NCBI GenBank assembly: GCA_950097015.1
Contig: CATNEN010000033.1
Coordinates: forward strand, 4,774,001-4,838,000
Direction: 5' to 3'
Origin: Macrostomum hystrix
Lineage: Eukaryota > Animalia > Platyhelminthes
DNA length: 64,000 nucleotides
Part shown: positions 24,874 through 37,331 of the stretch, in pieces
Position numbering within the stretch: the first letter of the stretch is position 1
Layout: every line of letters begins with the position of its first letter
Translations under genes and position numbers: made by a program
Notes under the pieces: generated by a model
Databases searched by the model: none
The model's input: the letters and a program-made list of their open reading frames with translations, nothing else
Told to the model about the DNA's origin: nothing

Positions 24874-25696
24874 CCATTCTTCAAGAATAGTGTGATCGCT
24901 GCGTTTAAATTAGTTTATTTTGGGTCGTCAATTTCTTTTAGATGGACTTTAAGATTTTAGATGGATGACTTATCTTATCTGCAGGGCGGTCCGATGGACA
25001 CAGCGGGGAGGCGGGAGTCGCCCATTCCGCTAATCCCTGAAAGTTTTTGATGGATGAGTTTTTGTTTGACTTGACAGCTTGAATCGCGGATTTTGAGGTG
25101 CCCTGACAACTTGAGTTTTGCCCATAGGTACCATATGATTATACTATTATAGTCATAATAACTTTTGCCTCATAGTTCCAAGAGCCAAGTTGCTCCCGTC
25201 GCTGAGCACTGCTGTCTGCTTGGAGCAGGCCCTGAGCTCTGCTGCGCTGTCGTATAAGTTTGCAGGGCCCATTAGCAGCTGGTTAGACTCTTTGAGCACA
25301 TACGGGCTCGCTCTAGGCAGCAGAAGGTACTCGATGTTCGCATCATATTACATCCCCAAGGCGTCCACGTGCAGTCTTGGAATCTCTCTCGGTAGGTCGG
25401 TAGGTCGGTTGAGAATAGAAATTTAGTATATTGCTCATCCCTGGAACTATTGATGGGCCGAAAGCACAAGACAAAGCACGAAAGTGCTTCGGACTCTTTG
25501 CTGTGAAAATGCACGGCGGTTGGCAGCAGCGCCATCATGATAATAGTACGCACTGACGACGAAGTTGCTGAGCAGGAAGTGAGCACTGATGTGTTGTCTG
25601 ATAAACTCATAAACTAACTCGAATTGGTTGCTGGCCAGCCTCTGGTTAAAGTAATGCTTGTGTACGAAACGAGTTTTAGAAATATGCTCAACTTGC

Positions 25697-26274
25697 CAGC
25701 ATTTTAGTGAATTTCGGGGGTGAATTCCTTTGCGTTCGACTCTCGCACAAAGGTCTCTGTGAGCTCCCTGACAGCGGTTCGACTGTCGTCAAACAATGCC
25801 TGTGCCCAAAACCCATTGTGAATATTGAAATTTATTATGCTAAAATTTGATTATTTCAATGTATTAACTTGTTAATTAATAGTTTTGTAAACTTCCACAC
25901 AGACCTCGGGATCCTTGTTTGCCAGAGCTGATTGCCATCGGTTTTGGTGTGAGCAAATTCAATGCCACGAAGTTTTTGTCTTAACGCATGCTGATTTCAA
26001 CAGTTAACATTCCCAAGTGCAACCAGTCACAGAAAACTATCTAACTCACCTGCCTCAATGGTTGTGTGTATTTCGAAAGAAGTGTACCTGTAAGTGCTTT
26101 CAACTGGTACACTTACAATCAACCGCTAACAGTGCACAGTAAACAAGGAGAAGTGAGAAGTGGTACTCGTGTAAATTTACTCATGATATACTCGTATTTG
26201 CACTACCGGTTACTGGCGTACTTGTAGATGCTAAGGAAAGTCTTCTGTTGTTCAGGCAGTTCTGTCGGACACTT
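25697..26274 (-). other. Possible micro-exon chain of an unidentified gene (26274-26222, 26087-26050, 25927-25905, 25799-...)
   Basis: AG/GT-bounded 53-, 38- and 23-nt blocks join with consistent phases into KCPTELPEQQKTFLSIYK-YTSFEIHTTIEA-ALANKDPE-ALFDDSRTAVRELTETF. Start and end are not resolved. Confidence 0.35.
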
Positions 26275-26698
26275 CTACACGAATCTTCAGGGATCCACTT
26301 GTCAACTCGGAAAAAAATGTTTCAGCATTCAATAGTATGATATATTTATTATCCCCAAACTAGGATCCACAGACTGTTGCCAGGACGAAAGCCTCTGCAG
26401 AAAAGCCAGGAAAAACCCAGCTCAGTAATTCGAAGCTACGGTGCAAGTGAGCATGTTTCATTGGAGAATATACGGCTACTTTTTTAATTCATAAATGAGT
26501 ATCGATTTGGAAAATTCTCAAAAAACGGAAGCACAGATATCTATCTATTACGATAGATCTATTGTGAATTTGTGTTGAACAGATAGATAGATTCAGTCCA
26601 TGGACTCTGGGGCCGCCACGCCCACCAGAATTTCTATTGCAGGGTCCCCTGAAGTAATCAAAATTAAAGTTTCTTGCTCAATGAAAATTATTGACTTA

Positions 26699-26764
26699 GA
26701 TGGAGATTCGAACTACCGACGTTTGGTCAGACGCCCAAAGCTCTAACCACTGGGATACAACCTC
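26699..26764 (-). pseudogene. tRNA-derived relic / SINE head
   Basis: Minus strand cccagtggttagagc (A-box-like) ... gtagttcgaatct (B-box-like). No complete cloverleaf. Confidence 0.4.
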
Positions 26765-26913
26765 CGAAGTGAATAAAATAGTAGACCTTAAGTAAAATTT
26801 ACTGTGAGAATTCTTTAAATTAAAGGAGCGGAAGGATAACAGAATGTCAGAAAAAATAGTGAAGGTCCCCCTATCAGCATGGTCTGAAAATTTCTGCTAA
26901 TAATTTTGTAGAA

Positions 26914-27291
26914 ATGAAGTCCCAGGCGCCTGCCATCAAGCTACTCCTTTTTCTTACGGTCAGCAGAAGCTGCTCTGGGTCCGGTTTGCTCGGCGCATTA
27001 GAGCCCATCGGAACTGAGACTTTGAGTGCCCCAGCCACCACTGTCGGTCCTTGCCGGTCTGCGCTCCGACCAGCTGGTAATCCGTGCATCAACGGCTCTA
27101 TCAAAGGTGCCAGGACATTGTTTCCGATAGCTAGCCACGCGGCCTGCGCGCACCTGTGCCTGCTGTCCGTAGGCTGGTGCGGAGTGGCGCAGTTCTCGTG
27201 CAGCCTGCAGCGGTGCATTCTGGCCTCGACCGGCGACCTGGCGAGCTCGCGCAGCGGCTGCGTAGGGGACGAGTCCGCGATCTACGTTTAG
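26914..27291 (+). CDS. Small secreted Cys-rich protein with a PAN/apple-like motif, 125 aa
   Basis: ATG start and hydrophobic N-terminus (IKLLLFLTVS). SHAACAHLCLLSVGWCGVAQFSCSLQRCIL fits the CAxxC-x-C-xxF-x-CxL apple pattern. GC-rich island in AT-rich flanks. Confidence 0.6.
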   Translation: MKSQAPAIKLLLFLTVSRSCSGSGLLGALEPIGTETLSAPATTVGPCRSALRPAGNPCINGSIKGARTLFPIASHAACAHLCLLSVGWCGVAQFSCSLQRCILASTGDLASSRSGCVGDESAIYV

Positions 27292-27428
27292 CGACTCCGC
27301 GCGACAAGTTTTAGGAACATTGTCAGCTGGCAATGATTTCTCAGCCATTGTTGAACTAATATGTAGCCGTGAAAATGCAGAGTGAGATACAGAAGAGGCC
27401 TAGGAAGAGGTCTAGGAAGATGATAAAA

Positions 27429-27497
27429 GGCAGTGCGGTTAACGCGTTTGCCTTGCGAGATTGAATCCATGGCGAGGCCACATTCATTCGGGCCGCC
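27429..27497 (+). mobile_element. SINE-like repeat, internally deleted copy of the 32315-32400 family
   Basis: Shares cggttaacgc.tttgcct and ggcgaggcca.attcatt.ggg.cgc with 32315-32400. Confidence 0.55.
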
Positions 27498-28222
27498 GAA
27501 AAAGGTTTTGGGGCTTGTCCAATATCTAGTATTCCATATTTCCAATTTTCCTTGCTCCATGTCCTTAATTTCGCAAATTTGAATTAGATCGAGGGGTGTG
27601 AGTGTCTGTGAATGTTTGCCTGTTTTTTGGTTGGTTCACTTCAGACACCAGACTTCACCCCTGAGGTGATGCTGTCTGGATCCTCAAACAGACCAGAAAC
27701 TCAACAACGATCTGACCACCACCCCTGATCCCAATTGAAAACTTTTCATTCCACAAAGTTAGACAGTTGGGGAATTTCCTAATAAAAATAGGCATGCTAT
27801 AAAACTGACAATTAAAAAGTGTGCATTCATCCTCTTGCGTAGAAACAAACCAACGAACAACGTGATGTGACTCTGGGGGTTCGAGGCGAGGACTACCGGG
27901 CCAGCGCTGGCATAATTAGCCTTTTTTAAGCCTCCAAGCCTCACACTTTCTTTAGTCACAACAGTGTGAAAATAACTAACGCACAAGCTCGGTTTGGGCA
28001 AATCGCCAGCAATTTCATAAGCTGTGTTCGAGACTCTTTGGACCGAGGACCGAAGAAAAATATTCAGGTTTCGATTTATATATCGACCTTCAACTAAATA
28101 AAACAAACAATCCACTTCGGCCAATAAAGCTTGAAAAACTGCCTTTACGCCTGCCTAAAGTGCACTCAGTTAGCGAGGTGTTCGTATCTGGTATCCCTAT
28201 TGGTTGACGACCCTGCATTTCG

Positions 28223-29926
28223 TCACTGGCCGACTCCGAGGTTCAACTTGGCCCGGAGTTGATCGGCATCAGCCGGAGACACCTGCAGGGCACCCAGACA
28301 GCCGGTGTGGCCGTTCGACATGAAGTGGAAGCGCAGTGGCCTCTGCAATAGGACAAGTTGCATGCAATAATGCTTCCGATTTGCTCTGCTTCTGGGTTGT
28401 TCTGGCATTGCTCCAAGGTTTATTATTTCCAAACTGAGATACAAAACTCTTCGTACTCACACAGCTGGGTGTGGTCTCGCCATAATGTCTCAGGATGTCC
28501 CTGGCCACCTTAGCACGGAAGAAGTGGCCACCCAGGAAGGCCCTGCGTACGCCGTGCGACCTGCAGTAAGCCACCACCTGCGGCAGCAGCCCGCAAATCA
28601 CCGAACCAACCACAGCTGCCGCTAGGTCCTCTCGGCTGAACTTGCCTTCTGGAACTGAGGGATTTTAACAGAACAATTACTTTGCTGGTTCCTCAAGACC
28701 CAATGCTGTCCGTTTCTCGAGCCTCGAGCAACCAGGGCCAAACTTACTGACACCCTCGGACGCTTTGCCGAATGGAAACATGGGGAAGTCGCCGGGTAGT
28801 ATCCGGTACTCGGAGTTTGCATCCTGCTGCACCATCTCCTTGGCCTGGGTGTCCACATGACGCCTGTCTCCCCGCGCGGCCAGCTCCATGATCTCATCGT
28901 AGTTGTTGGTGCCGAGCAGCAGCTGGGCCAGGCCCAGGAAACTCTTGCCGGCGAACCAGTTGACGCCGAGCACATCCGTGGTGCCGTTCTCGTTTAGCTA
29001 GTCATTTCGAAAGGAGCATTTTATGATAAATTATCCTAAGTGGCAACTAACCATTCCTAAGAACATCAATCCATCCATTCTGACTCAAAATCAAACCAGA
29101 ACATCGATTCGCTGGATCTAAATATTTGCAACTTCTTTCCCACTGACGAGTCAAAGGTCTTTGTTGCAAACCTTGTTAAAGACGGTAGCGGAGCCGCAGA
29201 AGCCGAAGATCACTGGCAGCCGTTGGCCATCGGTTATGGCAAACAGCTGATTGTTCCGGCTCATGATGGCCGCCACCCAGGGCGGCAAGTCCGTCAAAGA
29301 TTTGGCAGCATCAGTTTTGCTGCTGTCCTGGTGACAGAAGACGTCATCTTCGAAGTTGTTCAACAGGAAGTGGGCCCCGTTATGCTGGCTGATGATTTCG
29401 TCAACGAATTCGACTCTGCGGATGATGGCAAAAGTATCATTGTTTAAACAAAAACAAGAGCAACTCGCAAGAGGTCAGCTGTCCTCAGTCGTCTGGAAGG
29501 CGCAAAGCTCAGCCACTCACTCCATGCAGAGCTTCGCTTCGATTTCGCTCTTGAACTTCTCTCCGCCGACTCCAGTGACGCGAAGCATCTTTCCTGCAAC
29601 CTTGAAGGCGCCCTCCTCTGTTGCCCTGGCAACCAGCCAGTCGAGCACCTGATCGAAATCGGCGTTTGAAAATACCGCCATCTCCAGCGACACCTTGTCC
29701 GGTTGCTCCGGAATTGACTTGACGTACAACACCTTGCTGAGTGAGCACCCTGCGTGAATTTGAGGAAATCACAATCGTAATTCTCTAAAAATTGAAATGT
29801 GACTAGCACTTCGTCTCCGGCATCGCAGTACAGGTACTTGCCTCTGTCCAGGGTGCCGAACACCTCGGGATACTTCAGCAGACTCCGGTCAGCTGTTAGT
29901 GACTTCATTTCAATTGGCTGGGACAT
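28223..29926 (-). CDS. PANK: Type II (eukaryotic) pantothenate kinase, divergent, 371 aa; exons 29926-29842, 29749-29521, 29415-29172, 28997-28748, 28648-28461, 28342-28223
   Basis: All phases are consistent. LDRGCSLSKVLY (phosphate-1 motif equivalent), VTGVGG, FLGLAQLLLG..YDE..ELAARGD, FSREDLA, GGHFFR and GHTGCLGAL align with PanK-II motifs. Confidence 0.85.
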
Positions 29927-30540
29927 TGTATTCGCTTGATTAGAAAATATAGCTTCGTCACAATGTCAAAGGTTACACAAAATAAAGTTCTGAAATTTGT
30001 GAAAGGGTCTTATGACCGTAATCGTGTGCTTTGTATTGGATTCGTTTTTGCAAGCGCTTCACCAACCCGCGTCACCGAAACTCTGCTCAGAATTTCTGCC
30101 GCGAACGGCTGACTTTACGATAAGACAGCCGCTCAAAGTCCACAGCGTACAGCTCCTCATGAACCAAATAAAATAAAAACAGCAACTGTGCCCATTGCAA
30201 AGTTCTCACTTTCGAATGTTCTATCGAATCAGTGCCACGCAACAGCCAACTGCATGCGCCCGCCTGCTAGAGGAATTTCATTTCCTTAGTAGAGAAAGAG
30301 AGACTATTTGGTCAGACAACTTGTCAGAGCTGACAAGAGGTCTAAACTGCGATTGGCTGAAATTTTTATGAGTTTTTCACGAAAATTCACAACTGAATAA
30401 ATTTAAACAATCATTAATTTCTAACACAGTTGGCACAGAGGCACAAACTTTCAAGTTTCAGGGCGCGGGAAAAGGTAAACACAAGCACAAAGAGCTGCTG
30501 AACCTCCATGTCTAACATTCAGATAGACAGAATATTCAGA

Positions 30541-31806
30541 TCGACAGAACACTCTCATATACAACACTCTCATAGACAGAACACTCTCATAGACACCACT
30601 GCACTCTCATAGACAGTACACTCTCATAGACAGTACACTCTCATAGACAGAACACTCTCATAGACAGAACACTCTCATAGACAGAACACTCTCATAGACA
30701 GAGCACTCTCATAGACAGTACACTCTCATAGACAGTACACTCTCATAGACAGAACACTCTCATAGACAGAACGCTCTCATAGACAGAACAATCTCATAGA
30801 CAGAACACTCTCATAGACAGAGCACTCTCATAGACAGAACACTCTCATATACAACACTCTCATAGACAGAACACTCTCATAGACAGAACACTCTCATAGA
30901 CAGAACACTCTCATAGACAGAACACTCTCATAGACAGAGCACTCTCATAGACAGTACACTCTCATAGACAGAATACTCTCATAGACACCACTCACATAGA
31001 CAGAGCACTCTCATAGACAGTACACTCTCATAGACAGAACACTCTCATAGACACCACTCTCATAGACAGTACACTCTCATAGACAGTACACTCTCATAGA
31101 CAGAACACTCTCATAGACAGAACACTCTCATAGACAGAACACTCTCATAGACAGAACACTCTCATAGACAGAACACTCTCATAGACAGTACACTCTCATA
31201 GACACCACTCTCATAGACAGTACACTCTCATAGACAGAACACTCTCATAGACACCACTCTCATAGACAGTACACTCTCATAGACAGAACACTCTCATAGA
31301 CAGAACACTCTCATAGACAGAACACTCTCATAGACACCACTCTCATAGACAGTACACTCTCATAGACAGTACACTCTCATAGACACCACTCTCATAGACA
31401 GTACACTCTCATAGACAGAACACTCTCATAGACAGAACACTCTCATAGACAGAACACTCTCATAGACACCACTCTCATAGACAGTACACTCTCATAGACA
31501 GTACACTCTCATAGACACCACTCTCATAGACAGTACACTCTCATAGACAACACTCTCATAGACAACACTCATGGACAGAACACTCTCATAGACAACACTC
31601 ATGGACAGAACACTCTCATAGACAACACTCATGGACAGAACACTCTCATAGACAACACTCATGGACAGAACACTCTCATATGTAACACTCTCATAGACAA
31701 CACTCTCATAGACAACACTCTCATAGACAACACTCTCATAGACAACACTCATGGACAGAACACTCTCATATGTAACACTCTCATAGACAACACTCTCATA
31801 GACTCT
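30541..31806. repeat. Minisatellite with 17-bp and 15-bp variant units (tagacagaacactctca)
   Basis: Direct inspection. Confidence 0.97.
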
Positions 31807-32314
31807 CCCAAAGCCGGCCGGCTTACCCGGGGTTTCAATTCTCCTGGACGGCACAGAAACATTGTTTAAAAATTCTAGCACCTGTCAAATTCCATTTGAA
31901 GTTCAGGATTGTTGTATGCTTAATTGTCTCTCTTACCTTCTTGCTGGGCCATCTCATTATTTGTTGAGTCAATAATTTTTTTCTTTTGAAGGCAAAGAAA
32001 AAAAATTGCCACAAAATATGCAGCTGGCGGAGCTGCTTGTGAAAAGTTAAACAAAAGTTAAAGCTTCATCTTTAAGGAAATATGCATTTACCTGTGCTTT
32101 TGTAAATGGCTTCAACTGACAGTTTGAATAAATTTTGGACCAATTTTAACAACATCACAAAAGCAGGTATACTAAGTAGATATTAAAACTTTGACAAGGA
32201 ACCAGCTGCTTGGGGTAATGAGCCGGATAACTAGCAGAATTAACGAGATAAGGCAAGCTACGAGTAGGAGTTGCGTTTTTGGAAAGATAAAATTCTCCCT
32301 TTTTGAAGGGAGTG

Positions 32315-32400
32315 GGTGGCAAAACGGTTAACGCATTTGCCTCTCGCACCAAGGTCACTGAGCTCGATTCCGCGGCGAGGCCATATTCATTTGGGGCGCA
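32315..32400 (+). mobile_element. tRNA-derived SINE-like head
   Basis: A-box-like gtggcaaaacggttaacgc and B-box-like gagctcgattcc. A related copy lies at 27429-27497. Confidence 0.55.
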
Positions 32401-32409
32401 GACTTGCAG

Positions 32410-33292
32410 CGGTGAGAAGACTTGTGGTTGAGAAGGCTTGTGGTTGAGAAGACTTGTGGTTGAGAAGGCTTGTGGTTGAGAAGGCTTGTGGTTGAGAAGA
32501 CTTGTGGTTGAGAAGGCTTGTGGTTGAGAAGGCTTGTGGTTGAGAAGACTTGTGGTTGAGAAGGCTTGTGGTTGAGAAGACTTGTGGTTGAGAAGACTTG
32601 TGGTTGAGAAGGCTTGTGGTTGAGAAGACTTGTGGTTGAGAAGGCTTGTGGTTGAGAAGGCTTGTGGTTGAGAAGACTTGTGGTTGAGAAGACTTGTGGT
32701 TGAGAAGGCTTGTGGTTGAGAAGACTTGTGGTTGAGAAGGCTTGTGGTTGAGAAGGCTTGTGGTTGAGAAAGCTTGTCGTTGAGAACGCTTGTGGTTGAG
32801 AAGGCTTGTGGTTGAGAAGACTTGTGGTTGAGAAGGCTTGTGGTTGAGAAGACTTGTGGTTGAGAAGGCTTGTGGTTGAGAAGGCTTGTGGTTGAGAAAG
32901 CTTGTCGTTGAGAACGCTTGTGGTTGAGAAGGCTTGTGGTTGAGAAGACTTGTGGTTGAGAAGACTTGTGGTTGAGAAGGCTTGTGGTTGAGAAGACTTG
33001 TGGTTGAGAAGGCTTGTGGTTGAGAAAGCTTGTCGTTGAGAACGCTTGTGGTTGAGAAGGCTTGTGGTTGAGAAGACTTGTGGTTGAGAAGGCTTGTGGT
33101 TGAGAAGACTTGTGGTTGAGAAGGCTTGTGGTTGAGAAGGCTTGTGGTTGAGAAGACTTGTGGTTGAGAAGGCTTGTGGTTGAGAAGACTTGTGGTTGAG
33201 AAGACTTGTGGTTGAGAAGACTTGTGGTTGAGAAGGCTTGTGGTTGAGAAGACTTGTGGTTGAGAAGACTTGTCGTTGAGAAGGCTTGTCGA
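32410..33292. repeat. 16-bp minisatellite (tgagaagg/acttgtggt)
   Basis: Direct inspection. Explains the two 16-aa-periodic ORFs. Confidence 0.97.
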
Positions 33293-34145
33293 GAAATTTA
33301 CGCCTTTTGACGGCCAACCTCTGAGGCCACAGTGAAATTGTACACTGCCTGACGATGACAAAGTCAGGACAGTTGTACACACCTGTGTGAGTGTGTGCCT
33401 GCGTATGGTATCTGCAGGTCTGACTGCGGGTCTGGTGTCACCAAATGATGTGCTATTGCCCGCAGCCCTCCTACAATTATCATTATTCTCTTTTGGAAAG
33501 AGAAATGTAGCTTTCTAGCATCGGTAGATCATGAAGATGTTAAAATTGCATGGTTACTGACATCCTACTCTGTTGATTTTTATCCTGATTATGTCGTTTC
33601 TTGCGTTAGTCGCGACATTTTGCGTTTTGTAAACGTTGCAATACAAACCAATGGCCGGACAACCAATGGAAACCAATGGACATGGGTCACCAAGTTACCC
33701 TCATGCAAAAATTCTGAGTCGTTCTTTCATTCTTACAGTTTTGTTTTTCTAACTTCAATAACTTATTCAAGTTGGGGATGCGTGTTTATTGGAGATAACA
33801 TACTGGCTCATTGCTGCTCTGGAATTTGTCACCATGCTAGAGTTGATAGTATCGGATCTAATGTGAGAAAGCTCCGTCGACTTCTTAGATCACTTCGGCT
33901 GGTTTCTAGCGCATATGAAAGTGACTGAAATTCTGTGCGAAACATGCAAAAATATTTGCTTCGATTTAGCAGATCAAATGTGTTCTCGACGAAAACAGAC
34001 CTATATAAAAGCGACATATTTACTCGTAGTGTGCTGTTTTTTTACTTTAGTAGTCCTTGGTTGAATTAAAAACACTAAAAAGTTCGGCTCGCATTTAGCC
34101 ACCTTAACGCTTCAAGTTTGTGAACTCTGCCTCACAAACTGCCTG

Positions 34146-35251
34146 TTAAAGAAAGAGCTGGCGGATGTCCTCTTCGACAAGATACTCTTTGGACAGGGCC
34201 ACCACCTGAACTGTCCCGTTCAGCCAGCCGACATTGGCTGCTCGATGGCCAATGTTCAGACAGGACATCACGTTGGCGCTTCGATTACCAGCCGCAGTGT
34301 AGCTAATATTTACCTCACTGGGGCCTAGGAATCGGCCGTTGAGATAGAGCTTCAGCTGATCCGAGGATCCATTGTAGGCGACTCCGACGTCAACCAGCTC
34401 GTTGGGATCGTCCGGAAGAACCATCTGCGTACTCTCAATGCGAATGTAGGCCGAGAGTCTGCTGAGCAGTCGACGAAAACTACCGGGGTAGACTTCAGAC
34501 CATTCCCACAGGTTAGCGCCCAAGCCTCCAACGCTGCAGTCGGTGAATTCCAGGAAGCATCGACCACCAGTTGCCCGGCTAGCTCGAATGATCCAGGTCA
34601 AAGATTTGCTGCTTGTCAAGTTTGACACGTTGTTAGCGAGCAGGTAAGAGGTTGAGCTGTGTAACAGCAGCGCTCCATTTTTTGTCCACTCGACGTCCAT
34701 TGCCTGAAGTGGAGCCTGGCCGCAGACCAGGCTGTCCATCGCTGCTCCAGCTGCCTCCCACACTGCCACGAATCTAGTCGAAGCCTGCTTCAGATTGAGA
34801 CGCGAGCTGTACATCAGCCGACAGCCGCTGCCTGGCTGTTGGAGCATCTGGCAAACCGACTGGTAGGCAAACTGCAGGCACAAACCAGTTGATAGCTCGA
34901 ACTGGGCCAGCCACAGACCGGCCGGCTGTTGCGACCGTCCCTGCAGCGACTCCAAGCTTAGGAAGCAGTCGGTCAGAGAGCGTCGGCTGCCAGCTGACCG
35001 AACTGCCAGCAACTGGCTGATGCAGCTGCCCGAGCCGACTCCGCGAATCAGGCAGTCTGTGCCACCAATCAATATCGTGATTGTGCTGTAGAAGAAAAAA
35101 GTTTTATGCATGGTCCAGTCTGGTGATTAAGGTTGTTGAGTTGGCTTGCGAGGTGCCTTCTGTCGTTTAATTAAAAATCCTCAATTCCTTATTCTGTATC
35201 GCAATGGAGCCCCAATTATTTATACATTTCTAAAATTCCTAGTGCAGCCAT
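34146..35251 (-). CDS. Secreted protein with a C-terminal LamG/concanavalin-A-like domain, about 321 aa; exons 35251-35226 and 35085-34146
   Basis: Splicing AT|GTATAA..TTCTTCTACAG|C gives the signal-like MAALGILEITITILIGG. C-terminal VDVGVAYNGSSDQLKLYLNG..LNIG..WLNGTVQVVAL..EEDIRQLF is the LamG/pentraxin-like pattern. Confidence 0.65.
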
Positions 35252-36878
35252 GCCATGCGTGACAAAGTGTGTCTTTTGATTGGTGCTGCCATCAAGAACT
35301 ATGCAAGAAACGCTCCGCTGGCAGATTGTGGCTTAAATTCTCATGAAGTTGAGTGCATGCACCTCGCAGTATGGACTTTCTGTGTGGTATTTTCTGTGAG
35401 GCATTGTTTTTCGGAGACGTTTCTATGCATAATCAATTAATTTTTCCACCCTGACATTCCCGGCCGGGCCCTTTGGTATAGCGGCATCTCATTCAGGGAT
35501 GCCTCAAAACCGATACAAAATATTTAATATTTCATTAAATAGAGGCTATGATGTTGCATTTCTATCTCTTTATCAGTAACGATGGCACTTGTTTGACTCA
35601 TAGATACTATAGAAACACTTATTTCTTGTAAATCTATGGTAGACTCGAGTTTCGATTACAATTCCTCAGCACTGCATACTGCTTCCTTGAAATCTCTAGA
35701 CTACTTATGTGGATATGAATTTATATATGCGCATCCCAATGCCAGCATGCAAACAAGGACCAGGAGTAGCTCTCGATCCTGGTGGTCCTTATGTGCAAAT
35801 AAAAAAATCTAATTACTCGTACACTTACTACATGTAGTTTCTCTGCCGTATCTTACGATCTGCTTTCTAAATTGCAATGTATTTTTTTGAACTAGTTCTA
35901 TATCTCATTTACCACATTACTATAATTTTTTCACACTACTTTTCTTTTCTTATTCTTCTCATAAAAGATTCACAGCCATTCAAAGATAATTTATCATCAA
36001 TTTTCGGCCGTTGCATTTCTAACCTCAGGTGCAAAACTGCAAGTAACATAATTCTATATATATTGTAGTTTGAGAGCGAATCGGACAGTTCGGATTGGTT
36101 TTTTTGCTCTTTCAAGCCACAATATAAAATGCAACAAATTGCCACTCAAATCGATATAACAATCAGCATCTTAAAAAAAGATATATACTTTTTTAACAAT
36201 ATTTTTATTGACCAAATGATACTTATTTTATTACATCTATTCTATTGGAAAGGTCTCTGGCAGCCTATTAAGTTTTTTGTTCCGGATTAGTTTCGTATTT
36301 GAACGACTATCGTTTGTTGCGCATTTGAATTTATTAGTTTTCTTATTTTCTGATTGCACGAGTCTTTTGCACGAGACAAACGAGTCTTTAGTATCTGCGG
36401 CTTGATTTTAAATCAATGGTCTTATTTTGAAGGCTTTGACCCTTTTTAGTATGTTAACATGTATCAATTATTGCTTCAAAATGTATCTGACTGTTATATC
36501 TGACGTAATTAGAATAGCAAGAGTTAGATATGTAATGTAATTATCTGACGTTCTGCTGGCTTCTCAGCTTCTGTAATCTGGATTTAGACTTTGCTTTATT
36601 TAAGGATCCAAAAAGCAAAATAAATTTGTGAATATAACCATGTCTTTTTTATAAACTAAAAGAAATCTAGTATCTCTACATATTCCGGCTTTTGTTCAGT
36701 TTAATCTAGTTCAATTCATTTTACTTTCTGTTTTGATGTCTGAACAGACAAAAGTTGCTTGACATAAGATCGTAGGCCTAAAACTAAAGCCAATAATAAG
36801 CAATGGCAATGTTGTATTTTTAATGAAAAAAACTAAGTGAAAATAGAGTTGTTGACACAAACTGGTGGTTATTTATAT

Positions 36879-37331
36879 GGTCCCAGGTCATTTCGGTGAC
36901 AATCATTTCGGTGACAACTTAATTCATTGCAGTGACACAATTGGTCAAATTGGTGACAACTATTTTTGCACCTAAATATGCTAAAAAAACTGCCTTCCAT
37001 TTTAACTATGCACACTTATAAAGTATTAATTAAATAATGCTATAAGTATTAATAAGAAGCTGCATCGCTCTGATCAAGTCTGGGTTTTACTTTAAATGAG
37101 TTAAATTATTAAATTATTTAATGAGTAGTCAATAGTTTCAATAGTTATTTGTTCCGAATTAAATGTTTAATAATCATTTTCAAGTTTTGGATTGACAAGG
37201 CGAGTGCAGGCTTTAAGCAGCTGCTGGATCGTGGAAGGCTGTTTTCTCAGCATATTTAGGTGCAAAAATAGTTGTCACTGAACTGACCAATTCTGTCACC
37301 GAAATGACTGTCACTGAAATGACCTAGGACC
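36879..37331. mobile_element. MITE with about 100-120-bp imperfect TIRs and subterminal catttcggtgaca repeats
   Basis: Left arm 36879-36999 and right arm 37232-37331 are inverted. Flanks atttatat / atttatac are a 7/8 match to an 8-bp TSD. Confidence 0.8.

Noticed and set aside
30541-33380. Long repetitive ORFs (YESVV.., STTSLLNHKPSQPQ..) and a CRISPR-like appearance
   Set aside because: Head-to-tail minisatellites without unique spacers, open in several frames by chance, in a eukaryotic context.
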